A stretch of DNA of 63,772 bases, the filler included, from a bacterium (GTDB taxonomy: Bacteria; UBP15; UBA6099; JAJRTR01): the NCBI GenBank assembly GCA_024278215.1. It is 3 parts of 3 records of this genome, joined end to end, with 100 filler letters (N's around TTAATTAATTAA, not from the genome) between each part and the next. Parts side by side here need not be neighbours in the genome. Positions count along the whole stretch, not along the records: positions 1 to 30,066 come from JAJRTR010000170.1; 2 more parts are not named here. One strand, 5' to 3'. Position 1 is the stretch's first letter. Each line of letters opens with the position of its first letter. Positions 10,260-21,164 of this stretch are shown here, in pieces. A program made the translations under genes and the position numbers. The notes beneath the pieces were generated by a model, which saw nothing but the letters and a program-made list of their open reading frames with translations, was not told where the DNA came from and made no database searches.

Positions 10260-10892
10260 TTGATTAAGGTTTTCATCGCAGACGATCATGCTCTGTTCAG
10301 GGTGGGGCTGAGGTTCATGCTCGAGCAGACGGATGATATAGAGATAGTCGGTGAAGCGGGCAGCGGGCGCGACACCATTTCCTCGTGTCACGATCTCAGG
10401 CCGCATCTTGTGCTCCTGGACATCGACATGCCCGATATCGACGGCATCGAAGTCACACAGCGTCTGCTCGACCAGGACCCGGGTATCAAGATACTTATCC
10501 TCACGATGTACGAAAACGAGGAGTATGCCGGCCGCGCTCTGAAAGCCGGCGCGCACGGCTACGCCGTCAAAGGGATCGACCCCGACGATCTGCCCGAAGC
10601 GATCCGCAGGGTGGTAAGCGGCAGGACATACATCACGAAATCCGTCGCCGAGAACATCGCGTTTCGCACACACCACGCAGGCCGAGAGAATCCCATCTCG
10701 ATACTTTCCGACCGTGAATTGCAGGTGGTGACAAAAATAGCGGGCGGCAAGACCAACCGCGAGGCGGCGGAAGACCTTTGTCTCAGCCCCAGGACTGTCG
10801 AGACTTATAAGCGTCGTGCGATGGAAAAGCTCGGTCTGAAAAACATTCAGGCTCTCGTTCGTTTCGCTATGGAACAGGGCCTTCTCAAATGA
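10260..10892 (+). CDS. NarL/LuxR-family response regulator
   Basis: IADDH, LLDIDMP receiver domain; LSDRELQV..SPRTVETY LuxR HTH. Confidence 0.93.
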   Translation: MIKVFIADDHALFRVGLRFMLEQTDDIEIVGEAGSGRDTISSCHDLRPHLVLLDIDMPDIDGIEVTQRLLDQDPGIKILILTMYENEEYAGRALKAGAHGYAVKGIDPDDLPEAIRRVVSGRTYITKSVAENIAFRTHHAGRENPISILSDRELQVVTKIAGGKTNREAAEDLCLSPRTVETYKRRAMEKLGLKNIQALVRFAMEQGLLK

Positions 10893-10904
10893 GGACACAC
10901 ATAT

Positions 10905-11876
10905 ATGCGGGAAAGAGACACCATAAACCATTTGCCTGAAGAGTTCGGTTTCCGGTCCGAAGAATCCGAAACATTTCCTGAAATGGTGGTTTGCGGAATT
11001 TGTTTTTTCTGCAATGCGAAATGTATCCACTGCCCTAACGCAAAAACCGATTTCACTGCAAGTCTCAAAGGCAAAGACCGGCTTATGAGTTGGGATGTGT
11101 TTAAACGCATCGCCGACGAATGCGCCCGGTATCCTCACAATCTTGTCAGGATGTCTTCCGCGGGCGAAGTGCTGCTGCACCCCGAGGCGGTGGACATGAT
11201 CGAGTATCTGTTGTCGGTGAAGAAGGACAAAAATGTGGCGCTCACGACAAACGGGTCGCGCCTGAACGCGGAAACATCGGAGCGGCTTCTCGAGGCCGGC
11301 ATACGAAGCATAGAGGTGAGCGTGGACGCCGCCACTGCCGAAGTCTATGAAAAAATTCGTGTCGGGCTTTCATTCGACAGGATGCTGAAAAATGTTCGGG
11401 AACTTGTGCGGCTTCGCAATGCAGGCGGCTATCGGACAAGGATTATGGTGAGTGTGATCGAACAGGACACAAACAGAGACAGCCTCGAAGATATTCAGGC
11501 GTTCTGGAACGATACCGTGGATGTTGTCCTCACAAGGAAGCTGCTTGGTTTCATGGGCCTGATCGAAAGAGATAAGAGTGCTCAGAAAACATACATGTCC
11601 GCGAAAACCCCGTGCCCGTTCCTGTGGGAGCGGATACTGATTGACGCGCAGGGCAACGTCAGGGGATGCGTTAACGACCTGTACAATACGTTACGTATCG
11701 GCAATGTCAATGAAAAGAGCATCTCGGAATTGTGGCATTGCGACCAACTTGAATTGTGGCGAAAACTGCATCTTGAAGGCCGCAGGAAAGATGTCCCCTA
11801 TTGTAAGGACTGCACCGATCTGGAATACCGGTCATGGAACTATAATTACTTTCATGCGCTGGAAAAACAGTTGTAA
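10905..11876 (+). CDS. Radical SAM protein with SPASM/twitch domain
   Basis: CNAKCIHC, GEVLLHP, TTNG; C-terminal CPFLW..GNVRGC..IGNV..CKDC. Confidence 0.88.
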   Translation: MRERDTINHLPEEFGFRSEESETFPEMVVCGICFFCNAKCIHCPNAKTDFTASLKGKDRLMSWDVFKRIADECARYPHNLVRMSSAGEVLLHPEAVDMIEYLLSVKKDKNVALTTNGSRLNAETSERLLEAGIRSIEVSVDAATAEVYEKIRVGLSFDRMLKNVRELVRLRNAGGYRTRIMVSVIEQDTNRDSLEDIQAFWNDTVDVVLTRKLLGFMGLIERDKSAQKTYMSAKTPCPFLWERILIDAQGNVRGCVNDLYNTLRIGNVNEKSISELWHCDQLELWRKLHLEGRRKDVPYCKDCTDLEYRSWNYNYFHALEKQL

Positions 11877-11900
11877 ATATCACACGCACCTACGGATTAT

Positions 11901-12629
11901 ATGGCGACGGAGAAAAGAACTGTAGTTCTGCTGCAACCCGGCTACTTGCCGTGGGCCGGGTTCTTCGAGCAGGTGCACAGGGCCGACCTGTTCGTTGTTT
12001 TCGATGACGCGCAGTACACAAAACTCGACTGGCGAAACAGGAACAGGATAAAAGCGCCGAACGGAAAAGACGCTTATCTGACTGTTCCGATAATGCGATG
12101 CCCTGTGGATACGAAGATACGGGATGTGAGAATATCGTGGGACAGAAACTGGGCGGCGAAACACCTCAACATGATAAAAGCATATTACGGCAAAGCACCT
12201 TTCTTCGGAGACTACTTCCCGGCACTTGAAGAACATCTGAACAGAAAACACACGCTGCTCATCGACCTGCTGCTCGAACAGCTCGACCTCCTGAATGGAA
12301 TGCTGGGGATACGAACGGAAATATTGTTGAGCAGCGAATTGAAAACCGATGTGTATGGTAAGGGCCGACTGCTCGAGGCCTGCCGGGAACTGGGTGCCAC
12401 CCACTGCTATAACGGCATGGCCGGAGAAGCTCTGTATGACCCTGCCAAGTTTGCGAAGTATGGGATAAAGCTGATTTTTCAGCGTTATAATTGCAAAGAA
12501 TATCCCCAGCAATGGCCCGGCGGGTTCATCTCCAACCTTTCGATAATCGACGTCCTTTTCAACTGCGGCCCATCTTCTCCGGAATACGTTGTCTGTTGCG
12601 GCGAGTATATGGACTCGTTGTTTATCTGA
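11901..12629 (+). CDS. WbqC-like protein
   Basis: QPGYLPWAGFF, DDAQY..WRNRNRI, YPQ..F..NLSIIDVLFNCGP. Confidence 0.9.
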   Translation: MATEKRTVVLLQPGYLPWAGFFEQVHRADLFVVFDDAQYTKLDWRNRNRIKAPNGKDAYLTVPIMRCPVDTKIRDVRISWDRNWAAKHLNMIKAYYGKAPFFGDYFPALEEHLNRKHTLLIDLLLEQLDLLNGMLGIRTEILLSSELKTDVYGKGRLLEACRELGATHCYNGMAGEALYDPAKFAKYGIKLIFQRYNCKEYPQQWPGGFISNLSIIDVLFNCGPSSPEYVVCCGEYMDSLFI

Positions 12630-12729
12630 CGATATGTTTTCTCAGTTCGTGTGTTTATGTGTTCAGATTCTACTTTATCCGCCGATAATAATAAAAGTGG
12701 CTCATAAGTTGTATTCCGGAGATAAGTAT

Positions 12730-14904
12730 ATGTCCAACATATTGATTACAGGCGGCGCGGGTTATCTCGGGACATGGATCACCCGGCTTCTACTCGAAGA
12801 TAACCATTATGTCCGTGTCATCGACCGCTGTTTTTTCGGTGAGAAGCCCGTTGAGGGCTTCAAACAGAATAATAACTATGAACTGATAAAGGACGATATC
12901 CGCTGGCCGTCCGAAGCGGTTTTTAAGGATATTGACATCCTGATAGACCTCGCCGGCCTGTCGAACGATCCGTCGTGCTCGCTGAATTCCGAACTCACGC
13001 AATCGATAAACCGAGACGGGATCATCAATTTCAACAGGATGGCGAAGGAGGCGGGCATCAGGCAGGTTATAAACGCTTCGTCATGCAGCGTATACGGACA
13101 GGGCGGCGGTTATTTCGTCGAAGAGTCAGCTTCATGCAATCCTCTTACATTATATGCGCAGTCGAAACTCATGGTCGAGGAGTTTTTGTTCAATAATCTG
13201 TGCGACAGGAACTATTGCGTCACGGCCCTTCGCTTCGGCACACTATACGGTCTGTCACGGCGAATGCGGTTCGACCTGATCGTCAACATTATGACCGCGC
13301 GCGTCATGATGAGCAACAAGATATTTGTGAACGGAGGCGGCCTGCAGTGGCGACCGCTTGTGCATGTTCAGGACGCCGCGAGGGCTTTTCTGCACGTCCT
13401 GGACGCGCCCGTTGAGAAAGTAAACGGCCAGGTTTTCAACGTGGGCGCCAACGATCAGAATTTCAGGGTTATCACTGTCGCCAACATCATTCATGATATT
13501 TTTCCCGGCTCGGAAATGATTATTGTTCCCGAAGACGCCGACGAGCGCTCGTACAACGTAAGCTTCGATAAGATTAAAAACCACCTGGGATTCAAGCCGA
13601 AACGCAATGTTCCGGAAACCGTTGTCGATATACGCGACGCGCTGAAAGATGGAATTGTCGAATACCGTGGCGACGGACAGGACGATCTTACCGCCACCAC
13701 ACTGAGATACAGGAAACTCACCGGGAACAATCCACTCCTCGAGCAGGAAGGCAAGTTTCGCATACACAGGTCGGTCGAATTCTACAAGCACAATATCGAC
13801 GAAAGAGACATCCTCCGCCAGGAGAAAACACTCCGTTCGATATTCCTGACAACCGGCAGTATAACGAAGAAATTCGAGAAAATGCTCGCCGACTATCTCG
13901 GCGTGTCGAGGGTTATCGGCACAACAAGCTGCACCGATTCCCTGTTTCTCGTTCTCAAGGCGCTCGGCGTGGGCCCCGGAGACGAAATTATAACAACGCC
14001 GATGACTTTCGTCGCGACGGCGAACGCTGTCGAGCATACCGGCGCGAGACCGGTGTTCGTGGATGTTGAACCCGAAACCGGCAACATCGACGCGTCGCGC
14101 GTCGCGGCGTCGGTCAACAAGAAGACGAAAGCGATTATCCCAGTTCATCTCTATGGGCAAATGTGCGACATGAAAACACTTTCCGGCATCGCGAAGGAAC
14201 ACGGTCTGTCTCTGATCGAGGACGCCGCCCATTGCATCGAGGGCGTTCGCGACGGAATACAGCCGGGCCGGCTTTCGGACGCGGCTTGCTTCAGTTTCTA
14301 TGCCACGAAAAATATCACCTGCGGCGAAGGCGGCGCCATCGCGACAAACGACAACGACCTCGCGGACATGCTTGTGAAAATGCGCCTTCACGGACTGAGC
14401 GCGGATGCGGCATCAAGGTATACGGGCGATTTCAAGCCCTTTGACATGGTTCTGCTCGGCTACAAAGCGAACATGTCGAATCTTGACGCCGCGCTTCTCA
14501 TCGGACAGCTCGAGAGAATAGACGAACTATGGGAACGCCGCGAACATGTCTCAAGAGCTTATGAAAAAGAAATCGCCGCTATCGCGAACATCGGACTGAC
14601 AACGATACGCGGCAACTCGAAATCCGCTCGCCATCTCTTCACCATCAGGGTGGACAGCAATATTCGAGGCGATATGATTACCGCGTTGAAAAGCAGGGGC
14701 ATCGGTGTCGCCGTGAATTATCCGCCGGTTCACCTGACCACTTATTACAGCGAAAAATATGGATATAAACCCGGCGATTTCCCAGTGGCAGAGCGCATCG
14801 GGGCCGAGACGATAAGCATACCGATGTATCCGCGCCTGACGGATTCGGAAATTGAGTACATTACAACCGCACTGCGCGACATATCTGAAGAATTGTCGGA
14901 ATGA
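12730..14904 (+). CDS. Fusion of NAD-dependent epimerase/dehydratase and DegT/DnrJ/EryC1/StrS aminotransferase
   Basis: ITGGAGYLG and YAQSK in the N-half; EDAAH and FSFYATKNITCGEGG (PLP Lys) in the C-half; GGAG RBS before ATG 12730. Confidence 0.88.
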   Translation: MSNILITGGAGYLGTWITRLLLEDNHYVRVIDRCFFGEKPVEGFKQNNNYELIKDDIRWPSEAVFKDIDILIDLAGLSNDPSCSLNSELTQSINRDGIINFNRMAKEAGIRQVINASSCSVYGQGGGYFVEESASCNPLTLYAQSKLMVEEFLFNNLCDRNYCVTALRFGTLYGLSRRMRFDLIVNIMTARVMMSNKIFVNGGGLQWRPLVHVQDAARAFLHVLDAPVEKVNGQVFNVGANDQNFRVITVANIIHDIFPGSEMIIVPEDADERSYNVSFDKIKNHLGFKPKRNVPETVVDIRDALKDGIVEYRGDGQDDLTATTLRYRKLTGNNPLLEQEGKFRIHRSVEFYKHNIDERDILRQEKTLRSIFLTTGSITKKFEKMLADYLGVSRVIGTTSCTDSLFLVLKALGVGPGDEIITTPMTFVATANAVEHTGARPVFVDVEPETGNIDASRVAASVNKKTKAIIPVHLYGQMCDMKTLSGIAKEHGLSLIEDAAHCIEGVRDGIQPGRLSDAACFSFYATKNITCGEGGAIATNDNDLADMLVKMRLHGLSADAASRYTGDFKPFDMVLLGYKANMSNLDAALLIGQLERIDELWERREHVSRAYEKEIAAIANIGLTTIRGNSKSARHLFTIRVDSNIRGDMITALKSRGIGVAVNYPPVHLTTYYSEKYGYKPGDFPVAERIGAETISIPMYPRLTDSEIEYITTALRDISEELSE

Positions 14905-16328
14905 TGAAAAGAACTCTGCTGATATCGACGGACAGGTCTTCCTTCAGGGGAGCGCTCTGGGGTGCTTATGATCTCGAACTGCCCCTGAACACAGCTTATG
15001 TTTCCTCATATCTCGAGTTGCATGGAATCGGCAGCGATATTATTGATCTACAGTTGGAAAAGGATGTCAGCGGCGCAATAGCACAGATCGACTGCTCGCA
15101 AACCGCCGTCGTAGGGCTCAACGCGAACCTTGGCGGCACATACAACATGTATGATGTCGCCGCAGCGATAAAGAAAAAATATCCAGACATTCCCGTCGCA
15201 TGTTTTGGCCTGTCAACAGTACTTAAAGAGAAGATTCTCGAAGAATCGGAGAATGTCGACTATGTCGTGTTCGGCGAAGAAGAGGAAACATTCCGCGAAC
15301 TCGCCGCCGCGCTGATTGACGGCCGCGACACGAGCGGGATAAAAGGAACATCGAGCCGCCGCGACAACGGTGAGATAATCTGCAATCTCCCGCGCGGTTT
15401 TATCAGGGACCTTGATGCCATGCCGTTTCCCGGTAGACACCTTTTCGATGTCGGTCGCTATTTCCCGTCGCCCGGCAAATATATGCTGATGCCGCAATTC
15501 ACGATGATCTCCAGCAGGGGCTGCAACGGCGCGTGCCTCTTCTGCCCGAGGCTGTATGGCCGCGGCATACGGTACAGATCGCCGGCGAATATCGCCGAAG
15601 AGATAGACATGCTGGAAAAGGATTTCGGGGCACGGGAAATATATTTCCTCGACGACACATTCACTGCCGACCGCGACCGCACGATGGAAATAGCCGACAT
15701 GCTGTCCGGGCGAAAGAAACGCATTGCCTTCCGCATTGCGTCCAGGGTCGATAAGGTCGACAGGAAAATGCTGAAGGCGCTGAAGGCCGCCGGACTTTAC
15801 AGCATCGGCTTCGGCATCGAATCCGGTGTGGATGAAATCCTTAAGTTCAATCGCAAGGGTATCACGACGGAACAGGTGAAAGCCGCAGTTTCGTGGAGCA
15901 GGGAGGCCGGCCTGGAAACACGCGGCTTCTTCATGCTGAATCTGCCCGGCGACACACAAAAGACGACGCGCGAAACCATACGGTTTATCCGCGAACTTAA
16001 ACTCGATCTTGTGAATGTCCAGATAGCATATCCGTGGCCCGGTTCGGAACTGAGAAAGTATGTTCTCAAAAACTGCGACGTTTCCCATGATGTGATTAAC
16101 GACTGGACCGCCTGCGAAGGCGACAGGGTCACTTTCACACAAAACGACATGACACCCGAATTTATATTTGAGTCGTATAACAGTATAATAAAGGAATTCT
16201 ATCTGAATCCGCGTTTTATTCTGCGGTGGTTGTCCCGGATCAGAAACTATCACGATTTTAAGTATGCGTTTCTCCAGTTTCTGAGCCTTGCGGGACGCAT
16301 GGTCGCAGGCGTGAAAAACATAAAATAA
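14901..16328 (+). CDS. Cobalamin-binding (class B) radical SAM protein
   Basis: N-terminal B12-binding region, SRGCNGACLFC, YFLDDTF, GIESG, LPGDT. Confidence 0.88.
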   Translation: MMKRTLLISTDRSSFRGALWGAYDLELPLNTAYVSSYLELHGIGSDIIDLQLEKDVSGAIAQIDCSQTAVVGLNANLGGTYNMYDVAAAIKKKYPDIPVACFGLSTVLKEKILEESENVDYVVFGEEEETFRELAAALIDGRDTSGIKGTSSRRDNGEIICNLPRGFIRDLDAMPFPGRHLFDVGRYFPSPGKYMLMPQFTMISSRGCNGACLFCPRLYGRGIRYRSPANIAEEIDMLEKDFGAREIYFLDDTFTADRDRTMEIADMLSGRKKRIAFRIASRVDKVDRKMLKALKAAGLYSIGFGIESGVDEILKFNRKGITTEQVKAAVSWSREAGLETRGFFMLNLPGDTQKTTRETIRFIRELKLDLVNVQIAYPWPGSELRKYVLKNCDVSHDVINDWTACEGDRVTFTQNDMTPEFIFESYNSIIKEFYLNPRFILRWLSRIRNYHDFKYAFLQFLSLAGRMVAGVKNIK

Positions 16329-16354
16329 ATCTACAATAAACGGAGCGCTGCCGC

Positions 16355-17056
16355 ATGTCGGAAGAAATATGGTGGAAGAAAACAGCCTGGACTTATCCGG
16401 CTGCCCGGAAAACAAAATTCGTGCAGGAGGTCCACCGCGCGTTTTTCCGCAAGATCGACTCCCTCCCGCTGCCGCGGGGCGCGCGATGCCTCGACGCGGG
16501 TTGCGGCGACGGCAATTGCGCCTTCAAGCTGGCAGAAAGGGGGCTCGATGTCGTCGGACTCGATTTCGGCGACGCGATCCTGGAACAGGCAAAAAAGAGA
16601 CAGCGCGGCATGGGCGTCGACAACGTGCATTTCGAATGGGGAGACCTGAACTCGCCTCTCAAGTATGGCGATAACGAATTCGACATTGTGACCTCCATGC
16701 ACGCCCTGATGAAAGTCAAAAAAGCAAAAGACGCGCTCCGGGAATTCCACAGAATCCTGAAACCGGGCGGATACGCCGTCATAACGATAACGGCAAGCGA
16801 CGAAGAATTCAGTTCATGGTTTCGCAGATATATCAGGAACAACGGAGTGATAAAAGGGTTCTGGGACATCCGGTGGCTTGTTGTGTGGAACCTGCCTTAT
16901 GTCATCATGACAAAAAAGTCGGAGCGACGCGACGAATGGCGCTGGCCGCCCGAAACGCTCGCGCGCAATATGGAAGCAGCCGGCTTCAAAACATTATCCG
17001 TCGAGTCCGTTCCCTATACTCATGTCGGTTGTTCGCTTGGCGTTTTTCAGAAGTAA
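16355..17056 (+). CDS. Class I SAM-dependent methyltransferase
   Basis: CLDAGCGDG motif I; FDIV; RILKPGG. Confidence 0.88.
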   Translation: MSEEIWWKKTAWTYPAARKTKFVQEVHRAFFRKIDSLPLPRGARCLDAGCGDGNCAFKLAERGLDVVGLDFGDAILEQAKKRQRGMGVDNVHFEWGDLNSPLKYGDNEFDIVTSMHALMKVKKAKDALREFHRILKPGGYAVITITASDEEFSSWFRRYIRNNGVIKGFWDIRWLVVWNLPYVIMTKKSERRDEWRWPPETLARNMEAAGFKTLSVESVPYTHVGCSLGVFQK

Positions 17057-17127
17057 TCTTTACAAACCAAATAGATAGCCGCTTCGCTTTTACGGCAGGC
17101 AGCGAGTGGGTATCGAGGATTATATCT

Positions 17128-17850
17128 ATGCACGGTTCACTGGACGACTTTGCTAAAAGCTATGACAGTGATTTTCCGTATTCTCTCGACAACAGCTTGA
17201 TGCTGAACTGGTATCCCGAAAGAATACTCGATTCCGCTTGCGGAGACACGGCGCTCGAGCTGGGGCTCGGGCACGGCTTCTCGACAACAATATTCGAAAA
17301 CCGCTTTGAAAGACTTGTCGTCGTTGAAGGTTCTCCGGCGATCATCCGCAGATTCAAAAACAAGCATAAAAGATCAAAGGCGGAAATTGTTCAAAGTTAT
17401 TTCGAAGACTTCGAGACACGCGAACGGTTCGACCATGTGATAATGGGATTCATACTTGAACATGTCGACGATCCTTCGGCGATCCTTAAGAAGTATCGCG
17501 GCATGTTGAAACCGGGCGGTTCACTGTTCATCGCAGTGCCTAACGCCGAATCGCTGAACAGGCGAATCGGATTCGCGGCAGGTCTGATAGATGATATATC
17601 GGCGCTTGGTGATGCAGACTTGCAATTGGGGCACAGGCGATACTTCACTGTCGACTCAATAAGCGCAACGACTGTGGAAGCCGGTTACGAAATAATAAAG
17701 ACCGAAGGCATATTTCTGAAACCTTTTTCGACGCAACAGCTCATGTCCCTGGAACTTACCGGGAAAATACTCGAGGCATTGCTGAAGGTCGGTACTTGTT
17801 ATCCCGAACTCTGCGCGGGAATACTTATCGAAGCGGTGCAGTCATCATGA
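17128..17850 (+). CDS. Class I SAM-dependent methyltransferase
   Basis: ALELGLGHG, ILEHVDDP, LKPGG..VPNA; start moved to ATG 17128 after GAGG. Confidence 0.85.
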   Translation: MHGSLDDFAKSYDSDFPYSLDNSLMLNWYPERILDSACGDTALELGLGHGFSTTIFENRFERLVVVEGSPAIIRRFKNKHKRSKAEIVQSYFEDFETRERFDHVIMGFILEHVDDPSAILKKYRGMLKPGGSLFIAVPNAESLNRRIGFAAGLIDDISALGDADLQLGHRRYFTVDSISATTVEAGYEIIKTEGIFLKPFSTQQLMSLELTGKILEALLKVGTCYPELCAGILIEAVQSS

Positions 17851-18695
17851 AGGTATTGATCACAGGTGGAACTTCCGTACTCGGCAGGAGTCTCAAGCGC
17901 GTGTTGGGGCGCGACTGCGAGGTCGTGACCGCCGGGCGCGACGATTCATCCGATTTCAGAATCGATCTTCTGAACCGTGACTCGTTCCGTGGCATCGACA
18001 TCGATTATGACGCGGTTGTGCATTGCGCCGCTGCTTTTTATGGCGACTCGGCGGACGGCATGATACAAAACGAATTGCTGAATTCTCTCGGTTCTCTTTA
18101 TGTTGCGGAAAACGCTGCTACCGCCGGTTGCAGACACTTCATTTATATATCGACAATATTCTCGCTCCGGCACAATGATAACGCCTATTTCGGTTCCTAC
18201 GGCATCTCGAAACAGCACGGTCAGGATAACGTATCTCAATTATGCTCGGCCCGCGACATGTTGTTCACTTCCATGGCCGCCGGACCCCTGTATGATATCG
18301 CAGGTAATGAGCGAAAACATCAACCGCTTTTTTACCACATTATTGATCGCGCTGAAAACGGAAAAGATATTCATTTCTTCGGGAACCTTGATCCCATCAG
18401 AAACTATTTACTGATCGACGACTTCGCGGAAATGATCGGGATCGTTGTCCGACAGCGCATCGGCGGCGCTTTTAACTGCGTTCACCCGGATTCATATAAG
18501 CTGAGCGAAATAGCGGAACTCGCATACGATGTATATGGCAACGGAGGGGAAGCCCTATTTCTGAAAGACAGGCCGGACCTGCCGGCAATGTATATCCCTT
18601 CCGCGACAGATACTTTCGAGACGCTGAAATACACGCCGGGAACAAGTCTGCGCGAAGGAATCGAAATGATTCGTGAGTTCAGGGAGAACAGATAA
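17847..18695 (+). CDS. NAD-dependent epimerase/dehydratase
   Basis: MKVLITGGTSVLG and YGISK; ATGA overlap with the upstream gene. Confidence 0.82.
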   Translation: MKVLITGGTSVLGRSLKRVLGRDCEVVTAGRDDSSDFRIDLLNRDSFRGIDIDYDAVVHCAAAFYGDSADGMIQNELLNSLGSLYVAENAATAGCRHFIYISTIFSLRHNDNAYFGSYGISKQHGQDNVSQLCSARDMLFTSMAAGPLYDIAGNERKHQPLFYHIIDRAENGKDIHFFGNLDPIRNYLLIDDFAEMIGIVVRQRIGGAFNCVHPDSYKLSEIAELAYDVYGNGGEALFLKDRPDLPAMYIPSATDTFETLKYTPGTSLREGIEMIREFRENR

Positions 18696-18697
18696 TC

Positions 18698-19681
18698 ATG
18701 TACAGGCTACTCGTCACAGGTGTGGGCGCGCTGATCGGTTGCGGCATTGTGAGATCGCTTAACGATTCCCGGTTTGAAACTACCGTCTACGGAATGGACA
18801 TACAGCATGATGCGGTCGGCAGAAAGTGGTGCGACCATTTTATTGAAGCGCTGCCGCTGTCCTCTCCGGATTACATAGGTTTTCTCAGGAACATAATAAC
18901 GGAATATTCCATCGACCTTGTGATCCCCGGCTTCGAAGCCGACACGATGAGGATTCACAGGAGCCGGGCTGAACTCGGGGAAACATGCGCCGGGCTCGTA
19001 TTGAACAACAGTGAATTGCTCGATATTGCAAACGACAAGTGGCTTACACAAAAAACACTCGCAGAGAACGGTTTCCCTGCGATACCGGGAAGCACCGGCG
19101 ACAGCTTCGATTCAGTTGCGAACAAACTCGGCATTCCGTTTATCGTGAAGCCACGCCGTTCTCATGCGTCTATCGGAGTTTGCGAAGTGTCACAGGAATA
19201 CGAATATATTTACCGGCAAAAAAAACTCGGCGATAACTTTCTCGCACAGAAAATCATCGGGACGGAAGATGAAGAGTATACCGCCGGAGTTTTCGGCTAC
19301 GGCGACGGGACAGGGTCGAAAGCCATCGTGTTTCAACGGAAACTCGGCGGTGGCGGCGCGACAGTCAGCGCCCGTTCTGTCGTCATCCCCTCTCTTAATA
19401 AGTTTATAGTCGAACTCGTCGCGCTTTTCCGGCCTGAGGGCCCGACAAATTTTCAGTTCCGAAAACATGATGGTGTTTTCTATCTTCTTGAAGTTAACGC
19501 GCGAATCTCTTCTACCACATCAATAAGAACCGCCTTCGGTTTCAATGAAGCGGAAATGTGCATCAGGTATTATTTGCTGAACGAAAAGCCCGATCCAGTA
19601 ACCATCATGACAGGAACGGCATTGCGCTATCTGGAAGACATAATTGTTTATGATCGCAATCATATCCGACATTCACGGTAA
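18698..19681 (+). CDS. ATP-grasp ligase (carbamoyl-phosphate-synthase-like)
   Basis: LVTGVGALIG, ANDKW, FIVKPR, EEYT, LLEVNARIS. Confidence 0.85.
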   Translation: MYRLLVTGVGALIGCGIVRSLNDSRFETTVYGMDIQHDAVGRKWCDHFIEALPLSSPDYIGFLRNIITEYSIDLVIPGFEADTMRIHRSRAELGETCAGLVLNNSELLDIANDKWLTQKTLAENGFPAIPGSTGDSFDSVANKLGIPFIVKPRRSHASIGVCEVSQEYEYIYRQKKLGDNFLAQKIIGTEDEEYTAGVFGYGDGTGSKAIVFQRKLGGGGATVSARSVVIPSLNKFIVELVALFRPEGPTNFQFRKHDGVFYLLEVNARISSTTSIRTAFGFNEAEMCIRYYLLNEKPDPVTIMTGTALRYLEDIIVYDRNHIRHSR

Positions 19682-20345
19682 TTATCCGGCAGTCGAGGCA
19701 GTTCTCGCCGACATAGAAAAAAGAGAGGTCGACAGAATTTATTGCCTTGGCGACATCGCCGGTTATTACTGCATGATAAATGAATGTATCGAGGCGCTGC
19801 GAGCGCGCGACGTCGTCCTCCTTATGGGCAATCACGATTATTATCTTATTAACAACAAGTCGTGCCCGCGGTCTCCAACTGCTACTAAATGCCTTGCTTT
19901 TCAGCGAAACATTATAACGTGCGACAACCTCGCATGGCTGCGCGGCAGGCCTTCGCAACTGACTTTTGACAATGTATTCATGGTTCACGGCGGCAGGCAC
20001 GATCCGCTCGAAGAATATATTTATGAAATCGGCGCAGATTATTTCAGCGGACGAGACGAGAAGTTTTTCTTCGCCGGCCATGTTCATGTTCAGGCAAAAC
20101 ACGTATTTGAAAACACGATATTCTGCAATCCCGGTTCCGTCGGACAACCGCGGGACGGAGTCCCGGCTGCGGCCTACGCTGTAATGGACGGCGCGGAGAT
20201 CGACCTCCGAAGAGTCGATTATGACACAGACGCCGTTGCCTTCCGGATGCGAAAAGCCGGATTCGATGAATATACATACAGCAACCTGTACGCAGGTACG
20301 CGCATCGGCGGGAAGCGTGACACGATTTCTATGACTGGACGGTAA
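19650..20345 (+). CDS. Calcineurin-like metallophosphoesterase
   Basis: SDIHGN, LGDIAGY, GNHD, VHG, GHVH, NPGSVGQPRDG. Confidence 0.9.
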   Translation: MIAIISDIHGNYPAVEAVLADIEKREVDRIYCLGDIAGYYCMINECIEALRARDVVLLMGNHDYYLINNKSCPRSPTATKCLAFQRNIITCDNLAWLRGRPSQLTFDNVFMVHGGRHDPLEEYIYEIGADYFSGRDEKFFFAGHVHVQAKHVFENTIFCNPGSVGQPRDGVPAAAYAVMDGAEIDLRRVDYDTDAVAFRMRKAGFDEYTYSNLYAGTRIGGKRDTISMTGR

Positions 20346-20354
20346 GCGGCACTC

Positions 20355-21164
20355 ATGAATGAAAAGTTTCCTAAAAACCTCTCTTTCTCGATGATTACTT
20401 TCGCTTATAATGAGGAAAACTGGCTCGAAGACCGGATTCATTTGTGGATGAGCCAGTTCGGGAAGTTCGTTGACGACTTCGAGATCGTTCTCGTGAACGA
20501 CGGCAGCGAAGACCGCACCGGTGAGATCGCGGACAGACTCGCTCGTGAGTATCCGCAACTGAAAGTCATTCACCATGAGAAAAATATGGGGACAGGCTAT
20601 GCCGCCCGAACCGGCAGAAATAATGTCTCGAAGTATATTGTATTCTGGAACGATGTCGATTCGCATTTTAATCTCGACGATCTCGGCAAGGTTATTCCGC
20701 TGCTACAGGACCCCGAAATAGATATTGTCGTCGCTTTCAAACACGACTTGATCAAAACCAAATCTATGTTTTCATGGATGAAATCCAGGATAAATTATTA
20801 TCTTATAAAAATGCTTTTCTTCTCGCTTTTTTTCGACTATTCGCCGATACTCGACTACCAGTTCGTACAGTTTCTGCCGCGCCGGTTTTTCGTCGACGGC
20901 ATCGACTTGAAAAGCTACAGTTCCTTCATACCGGCGGAATGTTTGATAAAGGCGCGCCGGATCGGACTCGAAATCCGCCAGATACAGTTGAAGTATCATA
21001 GCAAGCCGGCAGGTTACGGAACCGCTTTGAATGCGAAAACTATTATGACAAGTATAAAAAACATTTTCGAATTCTGGCTCAGATGGACCATCGGCGGCGA
21101 AAAAAACAGAACGATCGAACATTGGCACAGCGCGTTCGGAGGTGAGTTCCCCTGGCGAAAGTAG
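20355..21164 (+). CDS. Glycosyltransferase family 2
   Basis: AYNEE, VNDGSEDRT, N.G.G.A, DVD (DxD) motif. Confidence 0.88.
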   Translation: MNEKFPKNLSFSMITFAYNEENWLEDRIHLWMSQFGKFVDDFEIVLVNDGSEDRTGEIADRLAREYPQLKVIHHEKNMGTGYAARTGRNNVSKYIVFWNDVDSHFNLDDLGKVIPLLQDPEIDIVVAFKHDLIKTKSMFSWMKSRINYYLIKMLFFSLFFDYSPILDYQFVQFLPRRFFVDGIDLKSYSSFIPAECLIKARRIGLEIRQIQLKYHSKPAGYGTALNAKTIMTSIKNIFEFWLRWTIGGEKNRTIEHWHSAFGGEFPWRK

